Assembly: GCA_040954595.2 (NCBI GenBank)
Contig: CM082585.2
Coordinates: 5,977,808-6,041,807, forward strand
DNA: 64,000 nucleotides
DNA from: Balanoglossus misakiensis
Lineage: Eukaryota > Animalia > Hemichordata
Direction: 5' to 3'
The notes under the pieces are model-generated. The model had not been told where the DNA came from. It saw only the letters and a list, made by a program, of their open reading frames with translations, and did not search any database. How positions within the stretch are numbered: position 1 is the first letter of the stretch; each line of letters begins with the position of its first letter. Made by a program: the position numbers and the translations under genes. Below, piece by piece: positions 39,301 to 53,000 of the stretch.

Positions 39301-42300
39301 TGACAAAGTGTAACTGTTACTTCGATGATCACAATAATTACACAACCATATGGCAAAGTCACTTTTGTCTGAGATCTGCGATATGAAGTTGTTTTTTGTG
39401 GTTGAAAAACTGAAAAACCAGTGCAGTGTGAGAACGCCGACTGGTACATGACTGTGCATGAAAACCCGGGCTGTGTAGTCGAAGTCCCCCAGAGAGTAAT
39501 TCAAGGTCTATCTGTATGTGGTGGGCGACCTTTCATATACCGTAATCATGTCTGTTCAAGTAAGCTACCGTAAATCAGTACAAAGAATGGTCTGTCAAAG
39601 AAACAAAACTGTCAACGGTTAAACAAAAACATTTTTACAGTCCTAAACAATTACTGAAATAGTGACTTGGTCATGGGAAACTTCTTACATCAATATTGTT
39701 GTTTAAACATAACTACTGTGTAAACTTACCTGCAGGTATTGATCAAAATTTTAGCAAAAGACATGTGAACTGAAAGTTATGAGTTAATTTTGCGACAAAT
39801 GACATTGAAAAGGTTAATAGCTTCACTTCAACCCTTTCACCTCAATGGTTTGGTCCAAATCCATTGTTTTCTGTGGTTGTGTTGGACCTCAAAACAGGGA
39901 ACTGGGGGTGAAAGGGTAATCAAAGTTGGCTGAGTGCCATAGCCTAGGTGATAGTTAAGTGTATAAGTGAACTTTCCAACATTTGATTGACAGAGATACC
40001 AAGTTGTCATAGTTACAGTAGCGAAATAAAAACCCATATTGGATGAGCAGCCCTGTCAGCAGGCAGTTGCATTATAATTTTAAATGTATGATTTTGTTTA
40101 TTTATTGAACTAGACTATAATCTTATATAATGTTAGAAAACAAAACCTTGAAACCATATTTTCCTGAATTTAGAATTTCCAATGACACTGGTACATCTGT
40201 TTTTTATGATCCATAATTGTAAACGAACCATATTTTCCTAAATTTAGAATTTTGTCTGTAACTCCTGGCTGTTTTTTTTTTCACTGACCATATTTTTGTG
40301 GTATAGGGTGATCACTAAAAAATTGGGACCTAAAAATGTGATGAACACAGCCATGAAAACTATGAAATATCATTTGCAGAATCTGCCCACTCGTAACGTG
40401 AATTGTCATCACGATATACCGATAGACTAAATTATCTCAATTTCCTGATATTTGATACTGTGAGGGTTGAATGTGGTTTTATAAACAAGTTAATTGTACA
40501 GGTGCAGAGCCAACCAACATGATCCTCTTTAATTCCAAGCATTACGACTGTTTGGTTAGACTTGATTGATCACTCCACCTACTCGATGATGTATCATGTT
40601 TGCTAGTGAAGAGAATTAAATGGTTGCAGTTGGAGTACTGTGCGTTGCTCTGTGTTTAGATAGCCATATTTCTTTCTTTGTACCCCATTATTTAAAAGAG
40701 GAGGGGGGGGGGGGTGATATTGGATCTATAATGCCTGAATACCCCCCCCCCCCCCTGAAAAAAAATCAGCAGCAACAAAACAGAGCACTGGGGATATATT
40801 TGTCCAAGGGCTATGTCAACTCCTAACTGCCGGGCGAAATTTGCAGTTAAAATAAAACGTTCACAGTTCTTGGTCAGTTGAATCCTATTATCTCAAATAA
40901 TGACAACATGTAAGTACACGTATACATGTATTTTAAGACCCAAGGTAATAAAACTTTGATTCTGGTTCATCGCCATGCTCGTGTTGTCATGGTTACTGGA
41001 CCCTTTTAGTCAAATTGAAAATGGTCTAAGTAAATTCATGATATGTGAGTTGGATATTCGCTCAACCTAGTGAGGGATTAATATTTTGTATTTGCCAAAA
41101 TCAGGAATATTCATATCAGCGATGTTTGGAGGCAAGGATTTATGTCGTTTGAAATTTAACCTTTTATTTTGATAGGGCTGATTTGGTTGTCACTTCAGAA
41201 CATAAAGCGGTTTGATTTTCAATTTCATGAAGTAGGCCATGGCACTTGAAAAACCCCAATAAAAATTCAACATATTGCCTACTCTGATATTCAGTGCTTG
41301 TAAATGAACGAACTTCAGAAATTTGTATTTATTTTATTTGTATTTTTGTAATTTTTATAAAAGTCGTATTTGATTTTCGCAATATTGCATAAAATATGGA
41401 GAGTGTTCATTTTTAGTCAATGACAGATGTTCGCTTGTTGCTATGGAAATGTATAATTGAGCGAGCAAAAAAAAAAATAACAGGTAAGGCTGTGGTGTGT
41501 TCACAGTGTAGATGTACGACAGGTCAGGTTACAATTGAACATTGTCACTGGAATTGAGCCAAGATATATAAACAAGTTGTGCTGTAAATACATGTCGAAT
41601 TTTTCCCACACAGTTGTCAAATACGAGTACCTTAAACATTATTGTTTTTAAATTTCTGGCATCAGAATGATTATAGATTAATATATTTGTATAAAATAGA
41701 ACTACAGTTTCTTCATTAATATGCAAAACCGGTCTCTGTATGTCTTATTTTACTTCGGTTTTGTAATTTCTGAAACTGTATATCACGCGATGCTAGGGGG
41801 TAATGTAGCCTATCACTTGGTGCTAGGGGGTCATGTCACAAAATATGGCTGCGTAACCTAGGAAAAAGTCAACTACTTATAATTGGCAGGGACTCACTGT
41901 ACGTAGTAAAAGTTACAGTCGTCGTTTTATTAATGGTCAATAAATGCTGACACTTTTATGCCAAAAGAAAAAAGTGCAGTACAGATGCTAAAATCACAGA
42001 GAATTAGAACCAAGCCTTGTAGGATTATATCACCTTAATAAATCACAAAGTGATTAAACTGAAGTAAAATCAATAAATAGCAAAGTTGTGAAATTATTCT
42101 AGAGTTTCCTTGAATAAATGGATGCTGCTGCTGCTAATTTTATTCCTGTCCTTTGTCAGTTTATTTGGTTGGTTAATTTAGAAACCAAATTAGATCATGA
42201 AATTCCAAGAAAAAATGAATTTTGAAAAATTCAAAAATTGATGTAGTCTACTACTGTTTTTTTTTTCTGCCTAGGCTCACTCGCACAGCGAGCAAAAGCA

Positions 42301-42990
42301 AAAAAACACACATAGTCCAGAGTACTAGACTAGGTTTGATGTGCCATGGGTTAGTCGCTCAGTCTTTGGGGACATTTTAGATGAATGTGTGGACTACATT
42401 ATGCAACAGCTACCCATTTGAGTGATTGTGTCTGGTGAGAAGTTGAGTCAGAGTTTCACACCTGGGGCACTTAATCAAATTATCGGTTGACTCTGGAGGA
42501 TTGGTTGATGAATGCTTGGTTTGAAGAGCGTTGAACTTTGGAGACCAAGTAATGTTATATATGACATTATTTTTTAGAAATCTGTCTCACACAAAGTATA
42601 TTTTCTGAACGTCTCCAAGTAAAATCTTCAAATTAAAATTCTCAATACAAGAACCTATTCCATTATAACTAGTATTTTTTGGGGTCTGTTATCAAAGTCT
42701 TTTAGGTGCCAATGGTCAACTTCTCACTTTTAGTACATTTTCAATCGAAAAAAAATACTTCAGTCTTTTCTTTACACTCAACTGACAGACGACTCCACAT
42801 GTAACTGTTGCATGTACCGGTGCTTTGAAGTTCTCATGTTGCGTTTATTTATGCTGGTTTTGAGAAATAATTTTCTTTCCTTCACTGTTCTGCCGACTCT
42901 ATCAACAGCTCCAAGTAATAAAAGGTATCATTGCCAAACAAGTGACGTTTGGAGAACAGTGATCACCTGAGAATTCTCGGAGAAATAAAG

Positions 42991-43476
42991 ATGGACTTCA
43001 GAGTGAGAGAGGCACAACCCAAGGATTGTGGTGACATCGTTCGACTCATCAAGGAATTAGCTATGTATGAGAAATCATTGGACAAAGTACATATCACTGA
43101 GCAAAGTGAGTATATTGAATGTGCTAGCCATTGTCTCTTTCTTTGCAATGGACCAGTTTCCATGCTCCGCGAGATCCTGTGAGATCTCGCGTGGCTTGGT
43201 ATTGAAGTTCATGAAGGGGTCAGAGTTCAAAGGGTCAACTGCAGTCAGGCAGTGAAATCAGGAGATTATCTTAGCTGCTTTGTCTGTTTACATTATGATA
43301 CGTTTCCAATAGGCCAATAACTCAGCAACTTTGACAAATATTTGAAATAATCGTAACATGATACGGTGTGCGGCAGCTTTGGTATGTTTCCCTTACCTTG
43401 CTGATTGAAAAATGTTCAGTGAAGATATGTGCTCAGTACTAGTATTTAGGAGTACTGATAACAAACTGCATCCAAC

Positions 43477-43538
<62 letters not shown>

Positions 43539-45899
43539 CCATCGTCATCATCATCATCATCATTATCATCAGCATCAGCATTATCATCGTCATCATCATC
43601 GTCATCATCATCATCATCATCATCATCGTCATCATCATCACCATCACCATCGTCACCACAGTCACGACCATCACATCATTCCACTGTTTGAACTCACTTT
43701 CTTTGTAAAGTGTCGGAACTTTCATGGGGATCTCCTGACGCTAATAAGAATCTGTATTTCATTCACTATTGTACAATTGTCCAGTGGCCTGCACTGCTAT
43801 AAAGTTCGAAATAAATTGCTGTTTACATTGCATACATTGATTTCTGAGCTTCTTCTGAAAACAACATAAACACTCAACCAACCTACATTTCAGTGGACAG
43901 CCTTATTGAATTATTTGCTGCAAGCAATGGAACAGCTGTTGCCACTTTCATCCCTTCTAATTCTGCAGGTGACAAAAATATGGAGATTTACTGCATATTT
44001 TTGGGAAAATTAAGAATGACATATTTTGATAAATTACGTACTTTAGCCTATATATCGGTATATAGGCCATGATATATTATATGATAGAGTACAATATGAT
44101 GTGATGTGACATGACATGATTTGATATAAAAAAGGGCTTGTTCCACTCTTTCTGCACCAAGTGTGCATGAAGATTTGCTAGGGGCAACAGAGTGGGTAGT
44201 TTGGCGGCCATATTTGATGTGCCCGGCAACAGGGGTCATTACATCTGTAGCAACAGAACGCTGGAAATGCCAGGGTGTTTAACCAGGCCGAAAATAGATG
44301 TTGTGTATTAGTAGCAGTGACCCCAAAGAAAAAGTCTGGCGTTTTGGGCCAAAAAATTGTGAGTTTTAGAATCGTTGTGTGACGTGGTATGCTATGCAGC
44401 ACTGCACATGTCCATAGCAACAGAAAATAAATACAGGTTTAAAGCTATGATGTCTCCAATTAGAAAATCAGCTCAGCTTGTATTTGTTTCATTACCTCAA
44501 CAGTGCTTGAAAATGATTGATCACATTGCATTTATGGCCCCCGAAAAACTGTAAATTCTTTTCCGGTGTAGCTACTGAATCACGTGAGGTCTCTTTTTTT
44601 GGCTGACCTGACCGTCTAACTAATCAAAAACTGTGATTATTTCAGCATCTAAGCCACTGACTGATATTATGTGTGTTTTTTCTGTACAGCTCTGAAGAAT
44701 GATGGTTTTGGTGATGACAAATTCTATCACTGTTTCGTTGCCGATGCAGAGGTGCCCTTAGAGACGGATAGCATTGACGATAGTCACCTGAAAGTCATAG
44801 CATATGCACTATATTTTCATGCGTACAGTACTTGGGAAGGGAGAATACTCTATATGGAAGACATCTACGTCACTCCAGAATTCAGAAGTAAGTTCCTGTA
44901 TTTGATTTGCGTTGTGTCTCACTCTGACAAGATATGACCTGACCTGACTTGACCTCTGACCTGACCTCTACGCAAGAGTTCAAGGATCAAATGTAAATAT
45001 AGAACGGACCATTCAAGGCGGTTCTTTACAATTTGTTTCTTTTGGTTATTGATAGTATAGACTAGTTGCAGGTTATGTATCTTGTATCAGCTATAAGTCG
45101 GTTATAATCGTGACTTATTATCGAAATAATTTTATTTTATTTATCTTTAGATAAAGGCATTGGCACGGCATTAGTCAAGAGAATACTTGAGGTAATTAGC
45201 TTTTTTTGTAGAATTTACTGCATATTTGATCACAAAGATTCTAACCAACTTAGCTTTTCATTCCCTACTGATGTGAATCTAGCTGTAATGAATTTACACA
45301 GACTGAATTTGCACTGACTTTGCAAGTTTCTGGTTTGTGACAAACGTATTAAAGGGACATTAGCTGTAACTTTTGGCTTTATTTTAAGCATTTCTGTTCT
45401 GTGTGCCAAATGCAATTTCTTGTTCTACTTCAAACAGCAACGCTAATATACCCAGTACTCCGCTTGTCAACATAGCCTGTGTGTGTGTAACGGCCATTGT
45501 TATTGTTGACAAATGAATTTTAGTCCGGACTTGAATTCAAGTTTTGCGCAATAACAGTGCTGACTATACACCTATATGTTGTGTTGATTACATAAATGAT
45601 GGGCATTTCATCATGCTTCAGGAATTTGAACAAGAAACTGTAATACACACATATAAAAATAGAGAAAAGTTGCAGCTAATGGAGCTTTAAACCTATTTTT
45701 CGTTTTTTTTTTTTTTTCACCGGATCAGGTTGGTCTAGAGAAAGGCTGCAAGAGACTCCACCTGTCTGTCCTGGACTGGAACACGCCAGCTCTTCAGTTT
45801 TACCGAAGTAAAGGCTTCGAGAACATCACAGAACGGGACGGCTGGCACGTTTTCCAGCTCAACAGGGGAAACATGGAAACATTCGTCAAGGAAAACTAA
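42991..45899 (+). CDS. SAT2: GNAT diamine/thialysine N-acetyltransferase, SAT2-like, 4 coding exons
   Basis: Exons 42991-43105, 44690-44887, 45151-45191 and 45729-45899 give MDFRVREAQPKDCGDIVRLIKELAMYEK...LKNDGFG...[26 protein letters not shown]...LSVLDWNTPALQFYRSKGF...DGWHVFQL. STWxGR is SAT2-like, whereas SAT1 has DPWIGK; the gene is probably a pro-orthologue of SAT1/SAT2. AATAAA at 46886. Confidence 0.9.
43477..43672. repeat. Imperfect (CAT)n microsatellite in a SAT intron
   Basis: Long catcatcat run with cac/cgt/cag interruptions. Confidence 0.97.
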
Positions 45900-47681
45900 T
45901 CCCAGACGGATCTTTCCCGAAAACTTCATCTATTTTTCGATGATGTGTATAAATTTTACCAACTTTTAAAATTTGATTGCTAATGAAATATTTCTGTCTT
46001 CCGCAAAAATCGATCCTCAGTCAAACATGGATAATTTAATTGTTTCTTTTATTAAGTATTATTCCGAGATAAATATTCCTTAATATATTTGCAAACTTTT
46101 TATTTATAGTACATAGTGAGTGTGACTTTTTTGTTTATTTTAAGGGCTGGAAAAAGTAGGTTATTGGAGGCTTATTGATTGTGTACTGTTTGTCTTTTGT
46201 TTATTGAGTTGTTTCTCTTAAAATTGCCTTCAAATTTGAACTGAAAAAAAATACACAAGTACAGTATTTTGTTTTGAGATCAAGTCTAGTTAGGCTGACT
46301 GGTGTCAACTTTGGTTAAATCGGAAAGTGGTGCTCTAATATACTGAATGCCTGGATCTTGTTTGTCTTTACTTTGTCTAATCGGTGAGGTGTGTTCAGCA
46401 TTTCTGGTTTAGTTTATCATCACAGATATACTTGATGTGAATTATTTTGAAGTTTTTTGTACAAAGACATTGCTGTATGATTCGCAATGCCACGTTTGGT
46501 TTTGTGATCTGATACAATATGGCTAACTAATGTGAATACATAGAGTTGCCTGGTGGAAACTGGTTGTCAGCACTGCTCTGACTGGTACAGTAGCTCCTTG
46601 TGTTCGTTAACCCTTTCACCCCCACTTCCCACTATAGAGGTCCAACCTTATCATAGAAAACAGTGGATTTGGACCAAACCATGGTGGTCAAAGGGTTACA
46701 GCAAGCAAACCTGCTTCGTAACACTGCATGTCACCAATCAGCATTTAGTCATTAGATGAAGGAGCAACAATATGTCTATTGAAAGCTTTTATACATTATC
46801 ATCATAACTGAGCAGTATAATGATTTTGCACACACACACACACACAAAACCATGCTAACGATTGAATTGAAATTGCTGAAATTACAATAAAGTATATCTT
46901 CAAAATCAAATCTATGTGTCTGTTGTCTATGGACTGTAAATCCCCTATAGCTGACAGTTTTTGCAATATTTTCATCATTTTACTTTCTTTGGTCTATTTA
47001 ATTCTCCCGACCTTAAATAGGTTTTTGGCTACCTAGGTGGGTGATAAAAATCTCACATGGTCGACACAATTTCAAGATGGCCGATTTTTGCCATGTTTAA
47101 GGAATAGGAGTTCAAAAGCTGTACATTTAATCTGATATGAACAAGTTAAAGAATAAATTGGTGCCCCTTAAACAGACCAATAGTTAGAAGATAAAACCGT
47201 ATGCACTGAGAAATATTTGTACGTGCACTTTTAGTTTGCTATTCAAATAAAAGAAAGCGTGGCACGTCTTGCCATAGGGGGCGCAATGCAGTGTTGGCAG
47301 CCATTCGCACGACGTGACCTTATGAGGTGAGTTATTTGTCTATAAAGATTTAGAAATTCTTGGATGACCTACGCATATTATTTGCTTGTAACAGCCAGGT
47401 TTGGTAATGAGAGTTAGATGTTATTTACATGGGATATCCAGCAGGGTTTCAGAAGGTATTGTAGCCGACATGAGACAAAAATGCATAGGACATGTCACTT
47501 TGTCAGACTACAAAAAACATGGAGGGCCCCGGGCGGGAGGTCCGGTCAATTTGCTTCGTTTTACGTCAACAAGTCTCTGACCCATGAAAAAACACAACTT
47601 TGTGACGTGGCACCAATGAATAATTTAAAAGACGGATTACTACAGGACTGCCAACGATATGTCTATGCTACATATTTTAGC

Positions 47682-47782
47682 TGCAGTTCAGTAGCTCGAG
47701 GTTTTCCCGTCTATAAACGTTAATCAACACCCCCCCCCCCCCCCCTTCAGCAAGAGGCAAAACCTCGAGCTACTGAACTGCA
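47682..47782. repeat. Inverted repeat / hairpin-type mini-element
   Basis: TGCAGTTCAGTAGCTCGAGGTTTT ... AAAACCTCGAGCTACTGAACTGCA: perfect 24-bp arms around a poly-C spacer. Confidence 0.85.
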
Positions 47783-48397
47783 CATGCAGGTACTGGATGC
47801 AGGGCCTCATAGCGTTGATCAGAGTTTCTGGGCCTCAGCTTAGAATAAATATGCAGTGCGGACAAACAGTTGTCAGTTCGGCTAGCATGCGCCGACACGG
47901 TTGCAATGGGGAGACTGTTCAGGTAATTAATTCAGACCCTAACTATTGTGATTGGTCAATTTACTTTTCGGAAAGCACTTTGGATTGGTCAGTTACGCTC
48001 TGTACTCTTGGTGCAGGTGTACAACGTAGAGGCGACAGACAATTTTAATACGTTGACCTCATAATGTTTGTCCACATTTCTGAATATTTCTACGCTTTTC
48101 ATCTACTGTATTTTAAGAAGTTGTCGTTCCGAAATGAAACAATACTGACAGACATAAGTTTGTTAAAATGCATTTAATATCTTGTAAAAAATAGCTGAGT
48201 TCTTGCCTCAGCATTAACCGAAAAAAAAACAGGAAAACCGAAACAGGTTGTTTAAACAAACGTAATGCACCTAAATACAAAATGTGAAATATTTTCTGGC
48301 CAATAATTGTGCGCGCATCTATGATCCATGTGCCAGACCTCCATGACAGAATTGCGCCCTCTAGTATCAGAAGTGATCGTGTTCTTTCAGTTTGCGT

Positions 48398-50078
48398 CTA
48401 TCCAGCAAGCAGCACTCCATTGAAGGTGTTGTAGTTGAAATCGTTGCCATACAAGGCGAAGTCGTCCGACGGGCCGAGGAGAAGCCAGACCTCGTCGCCG
48501 GCCGCCAGGGTCAGTATAACGCTCTGCGTCTGCATCACCTTGCGCTGGCTGGCGTCTGTCGTCATGGCGACCACGGGGTCGCCGTTCAGCATCAGCGCCA
48601 CGCCGATGTGTTTGCCGTCGTAGCTGCGCATGGTGTACGAGAAGTAGTAGAGCCCCGGGATGACGCAGGTGAAGACGCCGTCGTCCTTGATGAAGTTCTT
48701 CCCCTTGTTGGCCGTGTTTTTCTGGAAAGCGATGGGCTTGGGCTCCGAGTTCGAGCCGAACAACGGCTGCGTTCGCACGGCAGAGAACGCGGTCTTCTTT
48801 TTAGCTGTAACATACAGGAACACAAAAAGTCAAACCTCTAAAAAAAATTGCGTATAGTTCAAGGTGCAATGCTGAATGTCTGATCGGAAGAACCGGAATG
48901 TGAGTTGGTGGCGCCTGTTTAAACCATCAGAGACATCAGGACACGTTTTGGATGAACTTTTTGTGCTGTATTTGTAAAACTTGTCGATCACAGAAAAATA
49001 TTGTTGATCATTTAGATAAAAGTTGGTTTTTCAAAGTCGTTAGTATTCACTGCAAAATATATAAGACAGAGACGCGCTGTATTATTTGTGGTGACCTCAC
49101 CATTTGTCAAGAGGTTCGATAAAAGGTGTAAAATTGAATTAATGCTAATGTTTCCATCAAAATACCATCACAGAAAAAACATAACATACCTCTGTCCAAC
49201 TCTGAGAAAAGCCCATACAGGTCTTCCTGTAGCTGTTCTTCGGTAACCTCTCTTGGATGGCGAATGAGGGATCTTCCTGTGCGACCAAACGGGAACCCTC
49301 CTGGGCGCGGGCGGGTTTTCTCTTCCTGCGGCCGCGGGCGACCCTCCGCGCTTTGTTGCTGGGGGGTCTGTCGTTGGGGGGCTTCGGTTGGGGTGTCTGT
49401 GCGCCTTGAGGGCGCCCTCTCCTCTACCTCCGTGTTTGGTGCGAGCGGGATGCCTTCTTCTTCGGCCTGTTTGGAGATGATGCCCGCGAAGGCCCGACTG
49501 AGTATGCGCAGGTTTTCCTCCGGCATCAGTCGGTCGTCGTCGTCGACGGCGTTTGAACCGCCGCCGTCCTTCGACCTGCCCTCGCCCTGCGAGACCGAGT
49601 TGAAGCCGTTTCTGATCTGCTCGATTTGGTCGCGGTCCAGCTGCTCCACCCATCCCTCGAAACTCTTCTCGTCCGGGCGGTCCGTCGGTGTCTGCCCTCC
49701 GCCGGGTCCCTCGCAGGTGCACCGCTCGCCCAACCTCTCCTCCATAGCCGCCAGCCGGCTGTCCATGTCGGAGAAGTGGGCGAAGTTGTCCAGGATGGGC
49801 TGCAGTCGAGTCAGGAGCGAGTTGTGGCTCCGCAGCGTGCGGGTCAGGCTGGCCTGCTTGTCCAACGCGTCTTCCAGGTCGTCCTCCAAGGTGCGGTACT
49901 TCCTTGAGAGGTCGACCAGACGCTCGACAACCTGTTCGTAGGTCGGCTGGCTCCCGTCGAATTCCCCCGTGGGAGAGGAGGTCCTTCCCGGCGACTGTTG
50001 TAACTGTCGCGGGTCAACCGCGTTGGTCGGACACCACGCAAGCAAGGCGACGACCACCAATTTTCTGGCAAGTGACAT
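48398..50078 (-). CDS. Secreted C1q-domain-containing protein A (about 431 aa, no collagen region)
   Basis: Exon 50078-49190 encodes a signal peptide (MSLARKLVVVALLAWCPTNA), coiled coil, CTC and RHPR. It splices in phase 1 (GAG|gtatgt ... tacag|CT) to exon 48804-48398, the gC1q domain: AFSAVR...GVFTCVIPGLYYFSY...QSVILTLAAGDEVWL...NTFNGVLL. Confidence 0.92.
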
Positions 50079-53000
50079 TCTGGTAGATCAAGTGACTACT
50101 TACTTACAGCCAACAGACCTGTAATAAAACGAACAGACGAAGGTATTACACAATTTGAAACCAAGAGATTTCACATTTGTTAAATTAAATTTCACTTAAT
50201 CGGAAAGTCTTCGTCGTCATCGATTAAATTACTCTATAAAACCGCTGCGCCATTTGCCACGGTCAAGTTTATCATCTTGATAGTGACATTAAACCCTCAT
50301 ACCAGAAACGGCCAATATGCACTTCCAAACTATAGCTTTGCTGTAGGCCTACTACTGTGTACTAGTGGCCTATAGGCTTCAGCACCGGACACCACCACTC
50401 AGAATGTGTGTATTTCTCCGACAGGCCTGAAATATTCTTACCAAATTTGCGAGCTCGTGTCCGATGAGTTATGGCCAGCTATACTGTATTTCATCTTTAT
50501 ATACAGTTTTTTCACTGTATGTTTAACACAGGGACAGGAAAGGGAAGAAATAGAGAGGAAGGGAAAGTGTCTGTTGAAACCAAAGACTTCCCTTATGTCG
50601 TAAAAAGGGTGTCACTTAATTCTGTCTGGTGTAAGTTTTCCCGATGCACCGAGCTTTCCCACAGAAATCTACCAACCCACTTTCCCCATATTTTACACAC
50701 CCTTTGCTCTTACTAGTCTAGAAGTTACCCGCACGACTAATTTTCCGGGGAAAAGACAATGCCTTTGAGATTACATCATATTGCGACAACGCACGCACTT
50801 TCCTTATTTAGTCAAGGCGGATCAAACTAGAGTTTTATATATATATATCGAGGAGAATATTTATTCGGATTTATTGCAATTAGTTCACGCAGATAAAATA
50901 TTGTTCTCGTGATATTTTGTAGAAGTACACTTCGGGGTGAGAAAAAAAAACTTTTCCAAGAAGGCGAGGGAATTCTCAGTTTGGATTCGCGCATTGATAT
51001 GTTTGTTGCGGTTGGAGATGATGATTGACGTCATCAGCGGGTAAGCCTGCCCACATGGAACGGCGTGATTCCGTTGGGTGTAATGACCTGTTTGTGGTTA
51101 GCGCACTAAACATGCGCGTGTTACTTCTAATTATAAAACAGCCTTGAAGACTTCTGATTGTGGGAAATCCCACGCTTACAGCACAGAAATTCTATCCACC
51201 CCTCAAAAACACCCCGCAACGACGAATTGGTGGTACTACGTAAAAAGATTCGGCAGGGCAGACGACATGGGGGAGAAAGTTGAAACGTCACGCAAACAGC
51301 GCAACACAATTCATCATCGCACAGCTACTTCCAATCAGAAGTTGACTGGGTCACACCAGCCTTGGTGGTGAGCAGCTGGCCCTAACAATGGCCTATATCA
51401 TATGTCACTTTTCACTGATCTACAGAAGTATATCATCTATACAGAGGTCGACGGAAGTGTATATTAGCTTTAACCTCCACAACGTGTTGTTTTGACATCC
51501 GTATTACAAACTGCGTACGCGTTTTCACCATGGAGAGTTTAGAGTATCTACAGTTTCAGCATCTCCAGTAGGAGCTGATATTTACTAAGTAACATGCTTG
51601 AAGCTCATGTTAGATGGCGAAGTTTGTTGTATACCTAATTTACCTCAAATTTTCAGTTTTGTTGTGCATGGTGCGTATGTCTACAGTCACCATCTCCGTC
51701 CGCACGAAAATATCACAATGTTTTATGGATCTTTCGAAGTATATCAGGAGGTGAAAGTTAATTCTCACTTCTGCCCTACAAAATTCAGTGACAACGTATT
51801 CCCCCAAACCATATAGAGCGGCTGTAAAATGTCAGTAAACGAGCTTCTTGAAATACATGTAGTCTGAAAGACGTTTTAAAGTACATTGAGGTTTAGACCG
51901 CAGAACATTTCAGCGATCCCGCCAAATATGTTGAACTCATACAAGTAAGATTCTAAATAGTCCCTCAGACGATATGCTAACAAATATTTGGAGTAGATAG
52001 TTCGCGGAATTGTTTGCTATAAATTGGCGACGTGTTTGACTAATAAAATGTAGATGAACTCAGGCTGTTATTAACTGACGTTGCACGGGGAAAGACGACC
52101 CGTGGTTAAATTTTGACTGAATTGTATCAGTAATATAAATTACCAGATTACTTGCTATCTTGCAGAATGACTTGATGATAGTCATTTCACCGATGGGTGA
52201 AAGTTTATTACTCAAACTGTAAAGGTTTAGTAGGCGTAACTTTTGACTATTTTCAGTACAGTTTCTTGTTGTATTCCCTATAATTTCCCAGAGTTCTACT
52301 CGCGAATATGGCCTGTGTATTTGTGTAACAGCAAATTGATTTTAGTCCGGACTTGAAATTCAATTTTTAACAATATCAATCTGATTTCACATTCATTGGC
52401 TGTGTTGATAAGCTAAGTACTGGGCACTTCATCATGTTTCAGAGATTCCAACTAGAAACTGCAGTGGACGTAGACGCGCCACAATTTTAAAAAAATGGCT
52501 AAAAGTTATAGAGTGACTAATTAATAATAAGATGTACAGTGTTACTCTCGCGCGCAAATAAGTTCCCAAAAGCCTGCGATATGGCACATGCACACACGAT
52601 GTCACCAAAACATGAACACACGTACCTCGAATTCTGTCTGACTAGCCTGGGTGAATTGACCAAGATACTCAGCCCGATCACTTGAGATGTCAACGATCCG
52701 CGCGTATTTACTACAAGTGGCTGTAACTCTTATCAGGCCAGTGTTCTTGGGATTCGGGGAGTCGCTAGTGGTGTTTGCAATGAATCATGGATGTTTACAT
52801 TATCTGTGCGTGAATTGCCCCCTCTGGTGATATCATAAGTTTGCCTGGCCCCCTTGGGGTGGGCCGTTAACCACTAATCGTCGGGCTGTTAAACTGTTTG
52901 TTTGTACAGGCTGAGGTTTATCGCCTGATGAGATACGGTACAAACAATAACAAGGTTTGCGGTTTGTATTTGCATATTTGGAAAGTAGTTTTGAGGTATA

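Noticed and set aside
43393-43725. Poly-Met and poly-Ile ORFs
   Set aside because: Artefacts of the intronic (CAT)n microsatellite.
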